Position numbers and translations under genes: made by a program. The notes below the pieces were generated by a model. The model had not been told where the DNA came from. It worked only from the letters and a program-made list of their open reading frames with translations, and did no database searches. From a virus (Duplodnaviria > Heunggongvirae > Uroviricota > Caudoviricetes), in IMG/VR virus record IMGVR_UViG_3300026122_000001: a stretch of DNA of 64,000 bases; one strand, written 5' to 3'. Positions 9,304 to 18,866 of the stretch are shown here, one piece after another. Position 1 is the stretch's first letter; every line of letters starts with the position of its first letter.

Positions 9304-10631
9304 CAGATGCTGACTTCGTCTAGCATGTCAATCTTGAATCGCTGGGGCCCGGCGGCATCAGTTTCCGGACGCCGCAAGCGAACAGGCAAACGCCAGGTGA
9401 CGCCGTACTTCTGGTTGACCCCATGCAACAACTGTGTGGGCTCAGTGAAACCAGAGAAAGCGTTGAAGGCATACGGGTCCGTGGCTACCCAGGCACCGTT
9501 AATCATCAACTCGCCATCCATCTCGGTGGTCGTGCCGGGTCGATGGAAATGGCCGCAACAGTAATAGCGAATCGGCGGGCCCGCCATGTGGCGATCCAGG
9601 CCCATGATCCGGCGTTGTCGACGTTCCAGCCCATACCACGGGATACCCATGTTGCTGCGAATGTCGTCGCCATGGAACACACAGAACCCCACGCCGCCAA
9701 TGTCGAGGTTGACAGAGAAGGAGTTCGGAATCGCGAAGTCCACGTTGGGTAGATCGGAACAATACATCTGGGCCGTTTTCGCGACCAGGTAATCCCAGTT
9801 GTCATGCGCACCATGGTAGTTCTTCTTCACTGACCGACGGCCGTGGTTACCAGGCACATAAACGACATTCACTTGCTTGAAGTACGGGGCCAGGTCCCGG
9901 AACATCAAAGCGTGAAGCTGGCCGATGGCCAGTGTGTTCTTGAAGATATTTCGGAAATAGGATCGTTCCACATGACCGTGAATCTCACCGCTGGTATGGT
10001 CGCCATAACAGAGGATGGTAAGGTCCGGAAAATGGAACTGCGGTGCCAGCGTATGCTGTGTCCACTTGATGACAGCATCAACATACCGCTCCGCACGGGC
10101 AACACTGACGGGAAAATTGTAGTTCTCCAGCCCGCCGACCTTCTCAGGTGTGACAACCTGATCGTGGTGACCATCGGAGATGTGCATGACCAAATGTTCG
10201 GTCACATCACCGTGCTTGCGACATCGTGGCCTCCGTCGGGAGGGCGGCAGCGGGGACATGGGGACAATGCGGTCCTCAAGCTCGTCAGCGATGGCCAAGA
10301 ACAATCCGTGCTCCTTGGCTGCGGCTTTCAAACCCTTACGGGCATCGTTGCGCTCGACACGAAGATGTTCCACATCGGCCTGCAACTCCAGTATCCTTTC
10401 GTCAGTGGGGTCATAGGATTCAGTTGGGGCCGACACCCTTTTACTGGCAAGCGTGACACCCTTATCGGCATGTGACCGCCCACATTGGATGTCCGAGACA
10501 TAGCTACGACTGATACCGTATTTCTCGGCCGCCGTTGCCTGTTTCATCCCGCCAGCCAAATCGGCCTTCAACTCGACGACTTTCTCTTCAGTCAATAGTG
10601 GGTTTGCTTTCGCCATTTGGGGAGACCTCAT
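9303..10631 (-). CDS. HTH-domain / calcineurin-like metallophosphoesterase fusion protein
   Basis: N-terminal HTH-like segment (ATAAEKYGISRSYVSDIQ), a coiled-coil, then phosphoesterase motifs 'HISDGHHDQ', 'CYGDHTSGEIHG' and 'YVPGNHG'. Confidence 0.7.
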   Translation of the reverse strand: MRSPQMAKANPLLTEEKVVELKADLAGGMKQATAAEKYGISRSYVSDIQCGRSHADKGVTLASKRVSAPTESYDPTDERILELQADVEHLRVERNDARKGLKAAAKEHGLFLAIADELEDRIVPMSPLPPSRRRPRCRKHGDVTEHLVMHISDGHHDQVVTPEKVGGLENYNFPVSVARAERYVDAVIKWTQHTLAPQFHFPDLTILCYGDHTSGEIHGHVERSYFRNIFKNTLAIGQLHALMFRDLAPYFKQVNVVYVPGNHGRRSVKKNYHGAHDNWDYLVAKTAQMYCSDLPNVDFAIPNSFSVNLDIGGVGFCVFHGDDIRSNMGIPWYGLERRQRRIMGLDRHMAGPPIRYYCCGHFHRPGTTTEMDGELMINGAWVATDPYAFNAFSGFTEPTQLLHGVNQKYGVTWRLPVRLRRPETDAAGPQRFKIDMLDEVSI

Positions 10632-10682
10632 AGGTTGAAATTATCTGACAAGTTTCATTATACCACGGAACCGGTTGTGTTG

Positions 10683-11780
10683 TCAAGCTCTATCTTGAGG
10701 GTTTTTCCGGTCATAATAGTCTGCGCTGACTACCTTCGCAATCATGCGGGCACGCATCTTTGCCGACCATTGCTCTTTAAGAGGTGTGACCACACACCCC
10801 TCACGGCCTTTGAATGGGCTGTTGATGTCGGCCGGTGAGGCCACCATTGTGGGCCCGTCACAATGAAGCATCTTGGTCTCGTCAAACGCACCCTCAAAGA
10901 GCAGGGGAACAGTCGGAACGCCATGCTTGTCCGCATAGGCCTTCACATCGGCCCAGTCCATGTACTGCATGTCACCGACGGGGCCCGCCATGATGTCAAA
11001 TAGGCGATACCCAGTTCGACCAAGGGCCCCATAGTCCATATCCTGGACCTTGCGGCCATAGATTTCGCCATAGGCCACCGCAGAGCAGCCCTCACCCATG
11101 GTACTGACAATATCTGCCAGCATGTTCTTCATGGCCCCAGTCATGGGTAACCAATACAGGGAGGCACGAGACCCTGACCGAGCGTCCGACATCGGTTTCA
11201 CGTTGGTCGTGTGTGACCCGCACATGAATTCGGGCCCCTCGTCGGTATGAATCAATCCAACCCGGCTGTTGGTCCCATGAATCTTCTCGGTGATGCGAAC
11301 CATTGTGCCTGGCGGGATCGCTCCGGGATGGGCCCGCAAATGCTTGATGCTGGTGTAGATCGGAAACAGCATGTGATCCGGCCGGGCATCGCCAGCGGTC
11401 ATTTCAATCGGCGGCTCGTACTTGACGCCATGATACATCGCGGTGACATTGGTGCCGAATGTCATGTCCCCAGCGTATCTTATCACGAAGCCAAAGGAGG
11501 CCTCGCCACGAATACGAATTGCCCCGACCCGGCATTGTGATTTCTTCTCGTCCCCGGGGTAGACAGAATGCTTCAAGTACCGCTGGGTGCCCAACGCTTC
11601 AGCTACCGATGATGGGATGAGAATGTCTGGCGGGAAGAAAACCACCGAGTCCCCAACCCGATACAAGTCCCGTTGCACAGCGAGTTGGAAACCCAAGACC
11701 TGAATCACATCCAACCGGTCAGCGTTGGGGTGCGGTTTGACTTCGTTGACTCGTTCAATGGTGATAAGCGTCTGGCTCAT
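10683..11780 (-). CDS. ATP-dependent RNA ligase with N-terminal tRNA-binding (OB/Myf-like) domain
   Basis: Nucleotidyltransferase motif I 'ITEKIHGTN' (KxHGxN) and an N-terminal 'NADRLDVIQVLGFQLAV...VVFFPPD' OB-fold-like tRNA-binding segment. This is the DraRnl/NgrRnl-type architecture. Confidence 0.7.
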   Translation of the reverse strand: MSQTLITIERVNEVKPHPNADRLDVIQVLGFQLAVQRDLYRVGDSVVFFPPDILIPSSVAEALGTQRYLKHSVYPGDEKKSQCRVGAIRIRGEASFGFVIRYAGDMTFGTNVTAMYHGVKYEPPIEMTAGDARPDHMLFPIYTSIKHLRAHPGAIPPGTMVRITEKIHGTNSRVGLIHTDEGPEFMCGSHTTNVKPMSDARSGSRASLYWLPMTGAMKNMLADIVSTMGEGCSAVAYGEIYGRKVQDMDYGALGRTGYRLFDIMAGPVGDMQYMDWADVKAYADKHGVPTVPLLFEGAFDETKMLHCDGPTMVASPADINSPFKGREGCVVTPLKEQWSAKMRARMIAKVVSADYYDRKNPQDRA

Positions 11781-13618
11781 AGTTGGGCTCCAGTGCCGAT
11801 GTTAATGGGTAAACTTGGGTGGGGCACAGGGTACTGGTTAATCAGATACTCAAAGGCCTCACAAAAGGCTAGCGGCTCCTCGGTGTTGTTGTAAATCTCT
11901 CTGCACAGGGCACAGTCGGTGATCTGGTCACTCATGCGCGTCCGGAACACCACATCATCGATCATGCGGGTAATCAGGTTCTGGTAAGACCGATAGCTGG
12001 TGGCTACCAACTCTGACATACCAAGCCGGTCGTTGGCGGCCGACGCAACTCGACTGTACCAATGATCGCCACGGAACGTCACCATGGGTTTCCGTAAATG
12101 CCAGTTGTCGATGATTGTATTGTAACCTCCGAACGGAAAAGAATCAATACCAAAGTCACCGAATTCCAACCGTTGCATATAACCGTCATAACCACCCCGA
12201 TCAGGCATCGCTATAGCGGTATTGCCAAATATCTCTTTGATGTCCGCCAGGAATGGGTTAAGCCCCTGGTAGCGGCAAACACCATTGCTTGGGAAGAACT
12301 GAACACGGCATGGGGCCTTCGCGGCACGCATGGCGTCCCGTACCGCATACAACATGGGGATGTTGTATTTGGTCGGGCCCCAGCAAGCATTGATTATCAC
12401 ATCGGTAGAAGTACGTTTTGGTTTGCGTGGGACATAGCTGGGCTTTACGGACTGGTTGCCCATACCAGGCAACAACACCAGCCGCTCAGAATAATGTCGC
12501 TGGGCACCAGGAGCCTCGACCTCAGCACCGCTGATGAAGTAGTCAATCTCTGACCCGGCCGTACTCACCGGGTGGCCAGTGGTGCTGACTTGAATGGGCG
12601 CGAAACGCTGGTTGGCCAATATCAGGGACAGGGCATTCATCCCGACATCCGGGTACAGGATGGCCGCATACGAGTTACACTGTAGGGGCTCAAGACCTTG
12701 AATCTGATCGTCTTCATCGATATGCACGAAATGCACGTTGTCAAATCCGACGGTATCGACCGCCAAGTCCCCGGCGTCTTTACCAAGATGGAACAAGTCC
12801 AGTTTGAAACGACTTCGCAAAGCAGCAACCAATGGGGCCACACTTTTGTGTACCACAGTGTTGGGTGCCCAGCGGTCTGAAATGATGGCAATCCGTGTGT
12901 CATCTGGTGTGTTATTCACCGGCACCTGTGGCCACTTGGCTTTGATACACTCATTCAGTTGGCGTTTCAGTGATGGTGCGCCATCCTCATCGGCATAGGT
13001 TGGGATGAAATGCGCATCCGTAAACTTTGTTGAATGCGGAAAACCAGGTGGTGGACCACTACGGAAATGTTCCCGCAGCCGTCGCTGAACGTGCTCGGAC
13101 GTAATACAGTTGGCAGCCAACGGGTAAGTAGTCCACCACGCAGCCTGAAGCTGGTCGCACGAGTCTGTGTATTTACAGAAATCACTCGGGCGCATTTGCC
13201 GGTATGTTCTCGGTGACATCAGCGTAAGAATCTTCGATAACTGCTGGTTGGTGCTAAACAGTCTGTCAAGCCAGACATCGGCTGTATTGAAGCTTGACAG
13301 CGCCAAGAGGTTGGCAATGATGGGATTCAATGAGACAAAATACAACTGGTCCGGTTTCTGGACATGAAACCTGGGCGACACAAAGGTGTCCAGAAAGACT
13401 TTCAGAAATTCTTCGAGATGGGTACGGGTTGCGGGCCTCATTGGGCCAAGATTGACTTGGCAATAGAAGCTAAACGCTTTGCGAATTAGCCTCATGTACT
13501 CGGGGTAATCATACCCGTTGCTGGTCAGGCATATTCTCTGCAACTCGAAGTCAGGCAGCACTCGTTGCACCAGGGACAAGTTTGTTGGTGGCTGTATTGG
13601 ATAAGTCATCAGTTTCAC
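11777..13618 (-). CDS. GT41-family glycosyltransferase (OGT / HMW1C-like catalytic domain, no TPRs)
   Basis: 'QRFAPIQVSTTGHPVSTAGSEIDYFISGAEVEAPGAQRHYSERLVLLP' aligns with human OGT '[48 protein letters not shown]'. A later block 'KPMVTFRGDHWYSRVASAANDRLGMSELVA' matches OGT '[20 protein letters not shown]'. Confidence 0.75.
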   Translation of the reverse strand: MKLMTYPIQPPTNLSLVQRVLPDFELQRICLTSNGYDYPEYMRLIRKAFSFYCQVNLGPMRPATRTHLEEFLKVFLDTFVSPRFHVQKPDQLYFVSLNPIIANLLALSSFNTADVWLDRLFSTNQQLSKILTLMSPRTYRQMRPSDFCKYTDSCDQLQAAWWTTYPLAANCITSEHVQRRLREHFRSGPPPGFPHSTKFTDAHFIPTYADEDGAPSLKRQLNECIKAKWPQVPVNNTPDDTRIAIISDRWAPNTVVHKSVAPLVAALRSRFKLDLFHLGKDAGDLAVDTVGFDNVHFVHIDEDDQIQGLEPLQCNSYAAILYPDVGMNALSLILANQRFAPIQVSTTGHPVSTAGSEIDYFISGAEVEAPGAQRHYSERLVLLPGMGNQSVKPSYVPRKPKRTSTDVIINACWGPTKYNIPMLYAVRDAMRAAKAPCRVQFFPSNGVCRYQGLNPFLADIKEIFGNTAIAMPDRGGYDGYMQRLEFGDFGIDSFPFGGYNTIIDNWHLRKPMVTFRGDHWYSRVASAANDRLGMSELVATSYRSYQNLITRMIDDVVFRTRMSDQITDCALCREIYNNTEEPLAFCEAFEYLINQYPVPHPSLPINIGTGAQL

Positions 13619-14880
13619 CTCAGGTATTCTTGTAGTTTGCCCTCGTTGACGTACAGTATTAGGTCACACGGGATACCCATGCTTGCAATCTGCGAAGCAA
13701 TGTCGCGCACCCGCCATGCCGAGGTGACCACAATGATGTCCACCGGTGAGTCTTTTAGCACCCCGGGGTCCTGAATCGCCTGGCCTGTGCCCGGGACATG
13801 TTTCCCAACAAGCTCGGGATTTGAATCCACCACCAGCGGGAACTTGACCCTATTCACCCCATAGAAGTTAAAGAACGAGGCGCTCTTACCAATTCCGCCC
13901 CAAAAGGCCAGCTTGCGCCCACAGTCCCGGTAGTTATGGAGATCGGCTGAAACTGCTAGAATTTGGTTATCAGCTTGGTCCCCAAACTGTTTGGCACGCT
14001 GGTTGTGCGATTCGCATGGACGCAACTTACACAGGGCTGTCAACACGCCCTTATGGTAGGCAGTCCCAGCCCGAATGATATGAAAATGTTTTTGTAACAA
14101 GTGTTCCAAGCTTTGAGTTGTAAACTGCGAGACATGCTCATAGATCATATCCTGCAACCGAAGTTTGTCAAGAATCAAATCACCATTCGGAACTTCGACA
14201 AACAGGTATGGTTGGATGCCCTCCAGGTGACAGGCGTAAACCAACTCATCCAAAAAGACAGCAGGCTGGGGGAAATGTTCGAGCACATGCCGCATGATAA
14301 TCAACCCAGGCATATGGGCCGGAATGTCCCATTCTGGGTTTGCGTAGTCGAGCTTGTAAACGAAATCTCGGTCAACGCACTGCGAGTCATGGGTCCGCCA
14401 GTATTCCAAGCTGGGATCAATCCCAACGTACTTCATGGTGTTCCAGTTGCTGTACAGCGACATCTCATTGATGAAAGAGCCGTCCCCGCAACCGATTTCC
14501 ATAACGGTGTCCCCAGGCTCCAGCGGTACAAACTCAGTTAGCTCGTAGGCTAGTTGCTCACAATGATTCACCCAGCCCTCGCCACGATTGTACATCTGCC
14601 AGTTGCCCACATAGTCAACCGCTTCGGGATCGAACTGTGGATTGTAGATATGGCCGCAGTCGCCGCACAAAACATGCAGCATGCCATACCTGGCCGCCGA
14701 TAAAGCTTCTTGCTCGCTAGCAGGCGGGGCAATCGTGGACAGTGGTTGATGCCCAGGGGCGAACAATGTGTATGGATTCATGCCACCACAGACAATACAA
14801 TGAGTCCTCATGCTTTTTTGCCTCCATGCCGATATGGGCGACTCTTGTTGTAGGCAAGTTTTTGTTCCAAGGCTTCGCAC
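13615..14880 (-). CDS. SAM-dependent methyltransferase, TylC3-type C-methyltransferase-like (Zn-ribbon + MTase + C-terminal domain)
   Basis: N-terminal zinc ribbon (CIVCGG...CGDCGH), methyltransferase motif I 'VMEIGCGDGSF', and a long C-terminal domain as in NDP-hexose C-methyltransferases. Confidence 0.7.
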   Translation of the reverse strand: MRSLGTKTCLQQESPISAWRQKSMRTHCIVCGGMNPYTLFAPGHQPLSTIAPPASEQEALSAARYGMLHVLCGDCGHIYNPQFDPEAVDYVGNWQMYNRGEGWVNHCEQLAYELTEFVPLEPGDTVMEIGCGDGSFINEMSLYSNWNTMKYVGIDPSLEYWRTHDSQCVDRDFVYKLDYANPEWDIPAHMPGLIIMRHVLEHFPQPAVFLDELVYACHLEGIQPYLFVEVPNGDLILDKLRLQDMIYEHVSQFTTQSLEHLLQKHFHIIRAGTAYHKGVLTALCKLRPCESHNQRAKQFGDQADNQILAVSADLHNYRDCGRKLAFWGGIGKSASFFNFYGVNRVKFPLVVDSNPELVGKHVPGTGQAIQDPGVLKDSPVDIIVVTSAWRVRDIASQIASMGIPCDLILYVNEGKLQEYLR

Positions 14881-15464
14881 ATCGGAATTTCAAACTCATA
14901 ACACACGGCCGCCGAGACAATGAACATCTTGGCGAACACCGCAGCCATGCCACGAGGGAACCCGGTGGCAGTGTCGCGAGTCAAGAATTTCTCCGGGTCC
15001 AAGCCGTTCACTCGGTACTCTTCCATGGCATAACTGATCTGGGCGATAATGACCATCAGGCCATGGGAGAGGTCCACGCCGTAGCCTGCATCTGGTTCCA
15101 TGAACTTCCAGGCTTCTTCGATCAAGTCCTCCAGCCGGGCCAACGGATGGGTTGCCGGGCCACGCCCCATGATCTCGCCTATCGCCTCCACGATTGGAAT
15201 TTGGTACCGTCCGATGGTGTCGGCAGCCCGAATCCATAGGTCGGCAAACTCAGAGGCCAATCCCTCGGGCTTCCTTGTGTCCACATCGCGTGTCAAATAG
15301 GTCTGGTATGCGGGCATACCGGTGGCAACCTCTTCCCATACCTCGGTGAGTTCGGTGACAAACAACATCAATTGTTCACCAAAGTTGCGATCCATCTGTT
15401 CCCACCAACCTTTTTCGATGGCGGTTCCGTGGGACTCTTCAATCAGTTGGGTTATGTTAATCAA
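14808..15464 (-). CDS. MazG-like nucleoside triphosphate pyrophosphohydrolase
   Basis: 'GEQLMLFVTELTEVWEE' helical EExxE-type motif and C-terminal 'KLAYNKSRPYRHGGKK', typical of phage MazG proteins. Confidence 0.65.
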   Translation of the reverse strand: MINITQLIEESHGTAIEKGWWEQMDRNFGEQLMLFVTELTEVWEEVATGMPAYQTYLTRDVDTRKPEGLASEFADLWIRAADTIGRYQIPIVEAIGEIMGRGPATHPLARLEDLIEEAWKFMEPDAGYGVDLSHGLMVIIAQISYAMEEYRVNGLDPEKFLTRDTATGFPRGMAAVFAKMFIVSAAVCYEFEIPMCEALEQKLAYNKSRPYRHGGKKA

Positions 15465-15474
15465 TGGTCGCTCC

Positions 15475-18132
15475 TTAGCTACAGCCTAGTGATGTTCCGC
15501 AATTGTAACATAGATAGCATGAGCCGCTACGCACGGTCATACTGCCACACTGACTACACAGGGGTGTGGCTTCCTGGTCGGCCTTGGTATCAACACTCGA
15601 TGTCAGTGGGACAACGGGTGTCTCGGATGATTTGAAACGTACAAGCATCCACCTGAAGATGAAATCAACAATGGACTTGGCCATCTTGATATCGGCGTCC
15701 TTGGTGAAGCCCATTGGCTCAAACTGCATGTAGGAAAACTTATCAGCAAACGTCGCCATCGGGACCCCATGTTGAAGACCCATTGACACCGCAATGCTGA
15801 AGGCATCCATCATACCACTGATGGTGCTGCCCTCTTTGGACATCGAGATAAACACCTCACCGGGTGTCCCGTCGGGATAAAGCCCAACTGTGACATAGCC
15901 TTCATGGCCACCGATGCCAAACTTTTTGGTCAACGATTCCCGCTCGTCCGGAAGTGGGCGTCGAACTTGCTTCGGTGGCGACTCAGCGAGTTGCTTTGCA
16001 TCTTTCTTACCCGCCGAAGTATTCAGGGGTTGATGGCTTTTTGAGCCGTCTCGATAAATGGTGACGGACTTCAACCCAAGTTCCCAGGCACGGCGTATCG
16101 CTTTCTCTATGTCGGCTGGCGTCGACTCGCCCGGCATGTTTACCGTTTTGGATATTGCCCCACTAAGGAACGGCTGAGCCGCCGCAAGCATTCTCAGATG
16201 GGCCAACCACGGTATGCTCCGTGTCCCATGTTGGGGTGCCAAGGCGGTATCGAAAACACTGAGATGGTTCGGCTTCAGAATGGAACCTTCAAAGGTGCCC
16301 TTCTCCTCCAGCCACTCCAAAAGTGGATCAATATGTGTGTCACCGTACCCAAGGAATCGCAGTGCCTTTGGGACACTTCTGTTGACCATCTTCAAAGTGC
16401 CGCCGCCGACCAACTGCTTGAATTTGATGAGTGCAATATCAGGCTCGATGCCCAATGTGGAACAATCCATCATAAACGAGATCGTACCCGTAGGGGCCAA
16501 CACCGTGGTTTGCGCGTTGCGGTAACCGTGCAGTTCCCCTTGGGTCCTAGCCTGTTTCCACACTGTATGGGCAGCTTCAGCCAGGTATGTTGGCATCGGC
16601 ACACGTCCGAGGGCAGCATAATGCTCGCCCATGACTTCCAGCATGGGTACCCGGTTCAACTCGAAATCTTCAAACGAACCAAGCTCTGTAGCGATCTCCG
16701 AGCTAGTCGCATAGGCTGTGCCTGTAAGGACAGCCGTCACACCAGCACAGACACCTCGGCCTTGGTCTGAATCATAGGCGAACCCATTGGACATAAGCAG
16801 GCTTCCCAAATTGGAATAACCCAGGCCCAGGGCACGGTGCCGATGGCTTGTTTGTGCGATCTTTGCCGATGGGTAACTGGCACGATCAACGATGATGTCT
16901 TGTGCAATCACCACTAGCCGGACGGCTGTTTTGAAACGCTCGACATCAACAGTGCCGTCTGGTCGGCGGAACTTCATAAGGTTGAGGCTGGCCAGGTTGC
17001 AAGCCGAGTCGTCCAAGTAATTGTACTCGCCGCATGGATTGCTGGCATTGATACGACCTGACTTAGGGCATGTATGGCTCTTGTTCAGGACCGAGTCAAA
17101 CTGAACACCCGGATCACCACATTGCCATGCCGATTCTGCTAGGGCCTTCAGGACGGCTCGGGCTTTATGGACTGGGCCGCTGGTGGCGGCATCGGTTACC
17201 CATGTGGTATGCCAGTCACCGTCTTTTGCAACTTGCATCATAAACTCGTCCGAGAGCCTAACGGACAGGTTGGCATTCTGGTACATGACCGACATGTAAG
17301 CATCCTGTGGGTCGTACCCTTTGGCCACCATCGCGGCAACCTTTGCTTCCTCGTGGGCCTTGCACACTATGAAGGCCAACAAATCTGGGTGCGAATCTTT
17401 GAGGCTGAACAACAATGCAGCCCGGCGTGTTTTGCCGCCGCTCTTCACCACCTCGGCGACTTCATTGTAGATTCTGGCAAAACTCATGGGGCCAGAAGCT
17501 CGCCCGCCACCGGTCAGTTTTTCACACGAGCCGCGCAGTGTGGACAAGTCGGCACCAACGCCGGACCCGAATTTGAACAGCATGGCTTCATCGATTGCAA
17601 ACTGCATGATGTCTTCCATGCTGTCAGCCACGCTCTGAATGAAGCAGGCTGATACTTGTGGCTCTTCGCAGGGATTCTGTACGGGCATGATCCCGTCCGG
17701 TGTCCAGGTGAAACCACAAGGGGTCCCAACAATACCATACTGCTGCCAGATGCCCACGTTGAACCACACCGGCGAGTTGAATGCCATGTGTTGGTGCAGA
17801 CACAACCAGGACAACTCTCGGTAAAATACCTCGGCGTCTTCCTTGCTGAAATAGCCGTCCTCGGCACCCCAGTCAGCGATGGTCCGCACCACACGATGGA
17901 TCAAAGCCTCGATACTTGTCTCGCGTTCGTCGGTGCCTTGCTCACCATAGAAGTATTTGCTCGCAACAATGTTGGTGGCCATCTGTGACCAACTCTCGGG
18001 GACCCGAACTTGGTCCTGTTGGAAGATGACTTCGCCGGTGCTGTCAGTGATTTTGGCATCACGGGAGGCCCATTCCAACGAGTCGGCTGGGTTTGTATGC
18101 TCACAGAAAAACGGTTTAATTTCCATACTCAT
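15475..18132 (-). CDS. nrdJ: adenosylcobalamin-dependent (class II) ribonucleotide reductase
   Basis: 885-aa protein with the active-site block 'ASNPCGEYNYLDDSACNLASLNL' and the C-terminal Cys cluster 'CSQCGSMTVRSGSCYLCYNCG' characteristic of NrdJ. Confidence 0.9.
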   Translation of the reverse strand: MSMEIKPFFCEHTNPADSLEWASRDAKITDSTGEVIFQQDQVRVPESWSQMATNIVASKYFYGEQGTDERETSIEALIHRVVRTIADWGAEDGYFSKEDAEVFYRELSWLCLHQHMAFNSPVWFNVGIWQQYGIVGTPCGFTWTPDGIMPVQNPCEEPQVSACFIQSVADSMEDIMQFAIDEAMLFKFGSGVGADLSTLRGSCEKLTGGGRASGPMSFARIYNEVAEVVKSGGKTRRAALLFSLKDSHPDLLAFIVCKAHEEAKVAAMVAKGYDPQDAYMSVMYQNANLSVRLSDEFMMQVAKDGDWHTTWVTDAATSGPVHKARAVLKALAESAWQCGDPGVQFDSVLNKSHTCPKSGRINASNPCGEYNYLDDSACNLASLNLMKFRRPDGTVDVERFKTAVRLVVIAQDIIVDRASYPSAKIAQTSHRHRALGLGYSNLGSLLMSNGFAYDSDQGRGVCAGVTAVLTGTAYATSSEIATELGSFEDFELNRVPMLEVMGEHYAALGRVPMPTYLAEAAHTVWKQARTQGELHGYRNAQTTVLAPTGTISFMMDCSTLGIEPDIALIKFKQLVGGGTLKMVNRSVPKALRFLGYGDTHIDPLLEWLEEKGTFEGSILKPNHLSVFDTALAPQHGTRSIPWLAHLRMLAAAQPFLSGAISKTVNMPGESTPADIEKAIRRAWELGLKSVTIYRDGSKSHQPLNTSAGKKDAKQLAESPPKQVRRPLPDERESLTKKFGIGGHEGYVTVGLYPDGTPGEVFISMSKEGSTISGMMDAFSIAVSMGLQHGVPMATFADKFSYMQFEPMGFTKDADIKMAKSIVDFIFRWMLVRFKSSETPVVPLTSSVDTKADQEATPLCSQCGSMTVRSGSCYLCYNCGTSLGCS

Positions 18133-18857
18133 CAGTTTTCTGTCTCCAAGAGGTCACCGAATAGTGAGGGCGCACGCAGAATAAACTGTGCCAGAATGCC
18201 ATGAAAGATGCCACGGATTTGCCATTGTGCCGCCGGGTTCAATGCTCGCTCACGAAAGATGTGTCTCCAGGTTCTGAGATTGAATGTAGAGACCACCTCG
18301 GTTTTGGTGGCGTTGGGCAAGACTTCACGGGCGTCCTCGGCCTTGATGCCACGCTCACGGTATACGAGATACTGACGGTACGTCCTGTAGGCTGTGTACA
18401 TATAATCCCGCTGGTTTACGTCCTTCAGGAAGGGGTCACACAAGAGCGTATTGGAAGTCGAACTCTGCCGAACTTCGTATTGACCAACGGGCACCCCGAT
18501 AGATGGTGGGCAGATAATCTGCAAACCCTTTTTACCATAATCACAGAAGCGTTGTGATTCTTGGCTGTAGGCCGCGATCCGGTGCCGAACCAATTGATGG
18601 CTACATGACCGGCTGCAAATGATCTTGACGGTTAGATTGGCATGTTCAATGACACTTTCATGCGGATGTTTACGATCCAACAGATTGTGGCAAAACTTTG
18701 GCGCTGACTCATCGGTAATTCGATGCTCGGATTTGTAGCATGTCCGCCCGGCCCACTCACAGGCTTGGGCCAACTCATCAAAGTGGTTATAGGGGCTAAG
18801 CTCCCAGCCGGGTTCGACAACGGTTATGGCGGTTCGATCAAATGGTGTCAGTGTCAA
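18132..18857 (-). CDS. thyX: FAD-dependent thymidylate synthase
   Basis: ThyX signature 'LVRHRIAAYSQESQRF' (RHRxxSxxxxSxRY-like). Size of 241 aa is typical. Confidence 0.85.
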   Translation of the reverse strand: MTLTPFDRTAITVVEPGWELSPYNHFDELAQACEWAGRTCYKSEHRITDESAPKFCHNLLDRKHPHESVIEHANLTVKIICSRSCSHQLVRHRIAAYSQESQRFCDYGKKGLQIICPPSIGVPVGQYEVRQSSTSNTLLCDPFLKDVNQRDYMYTAYRTYRQYLVYRERGIKAEDAREVLPNATKTEVVSTFNLRTWRHIFRERALNPAAQWQIRGIFHGILAQFILRAPSLFGDLLETEN

Positions 18858-18866
18858 CGGTAAACC

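Noticed and set aside
14896-15237. 113-aa minus-strand ORF overlapping the MazG gene in another frame
   Set aside because: Arg/Gly/His-rich nonsense composition. The MazG frame carries recognisable motifs.
16198-16770. 190-aa plus-strand ORF, and many similar 60-240-aa ORFs antisense to long genes (for example 19464..20015, 21718..22443, 25083..25739, 59446..60291, 60496..61263)
   Set aside because: They lie entirely inside well-supported minus-strand genes (nrdJ, M28 peptidase, helicase, Nudix/DRTase, giant fibre). Their amino-acid composition is Arg/Gly/Pro-skewed, typical of shadow ORFs in GC-rich DNA.
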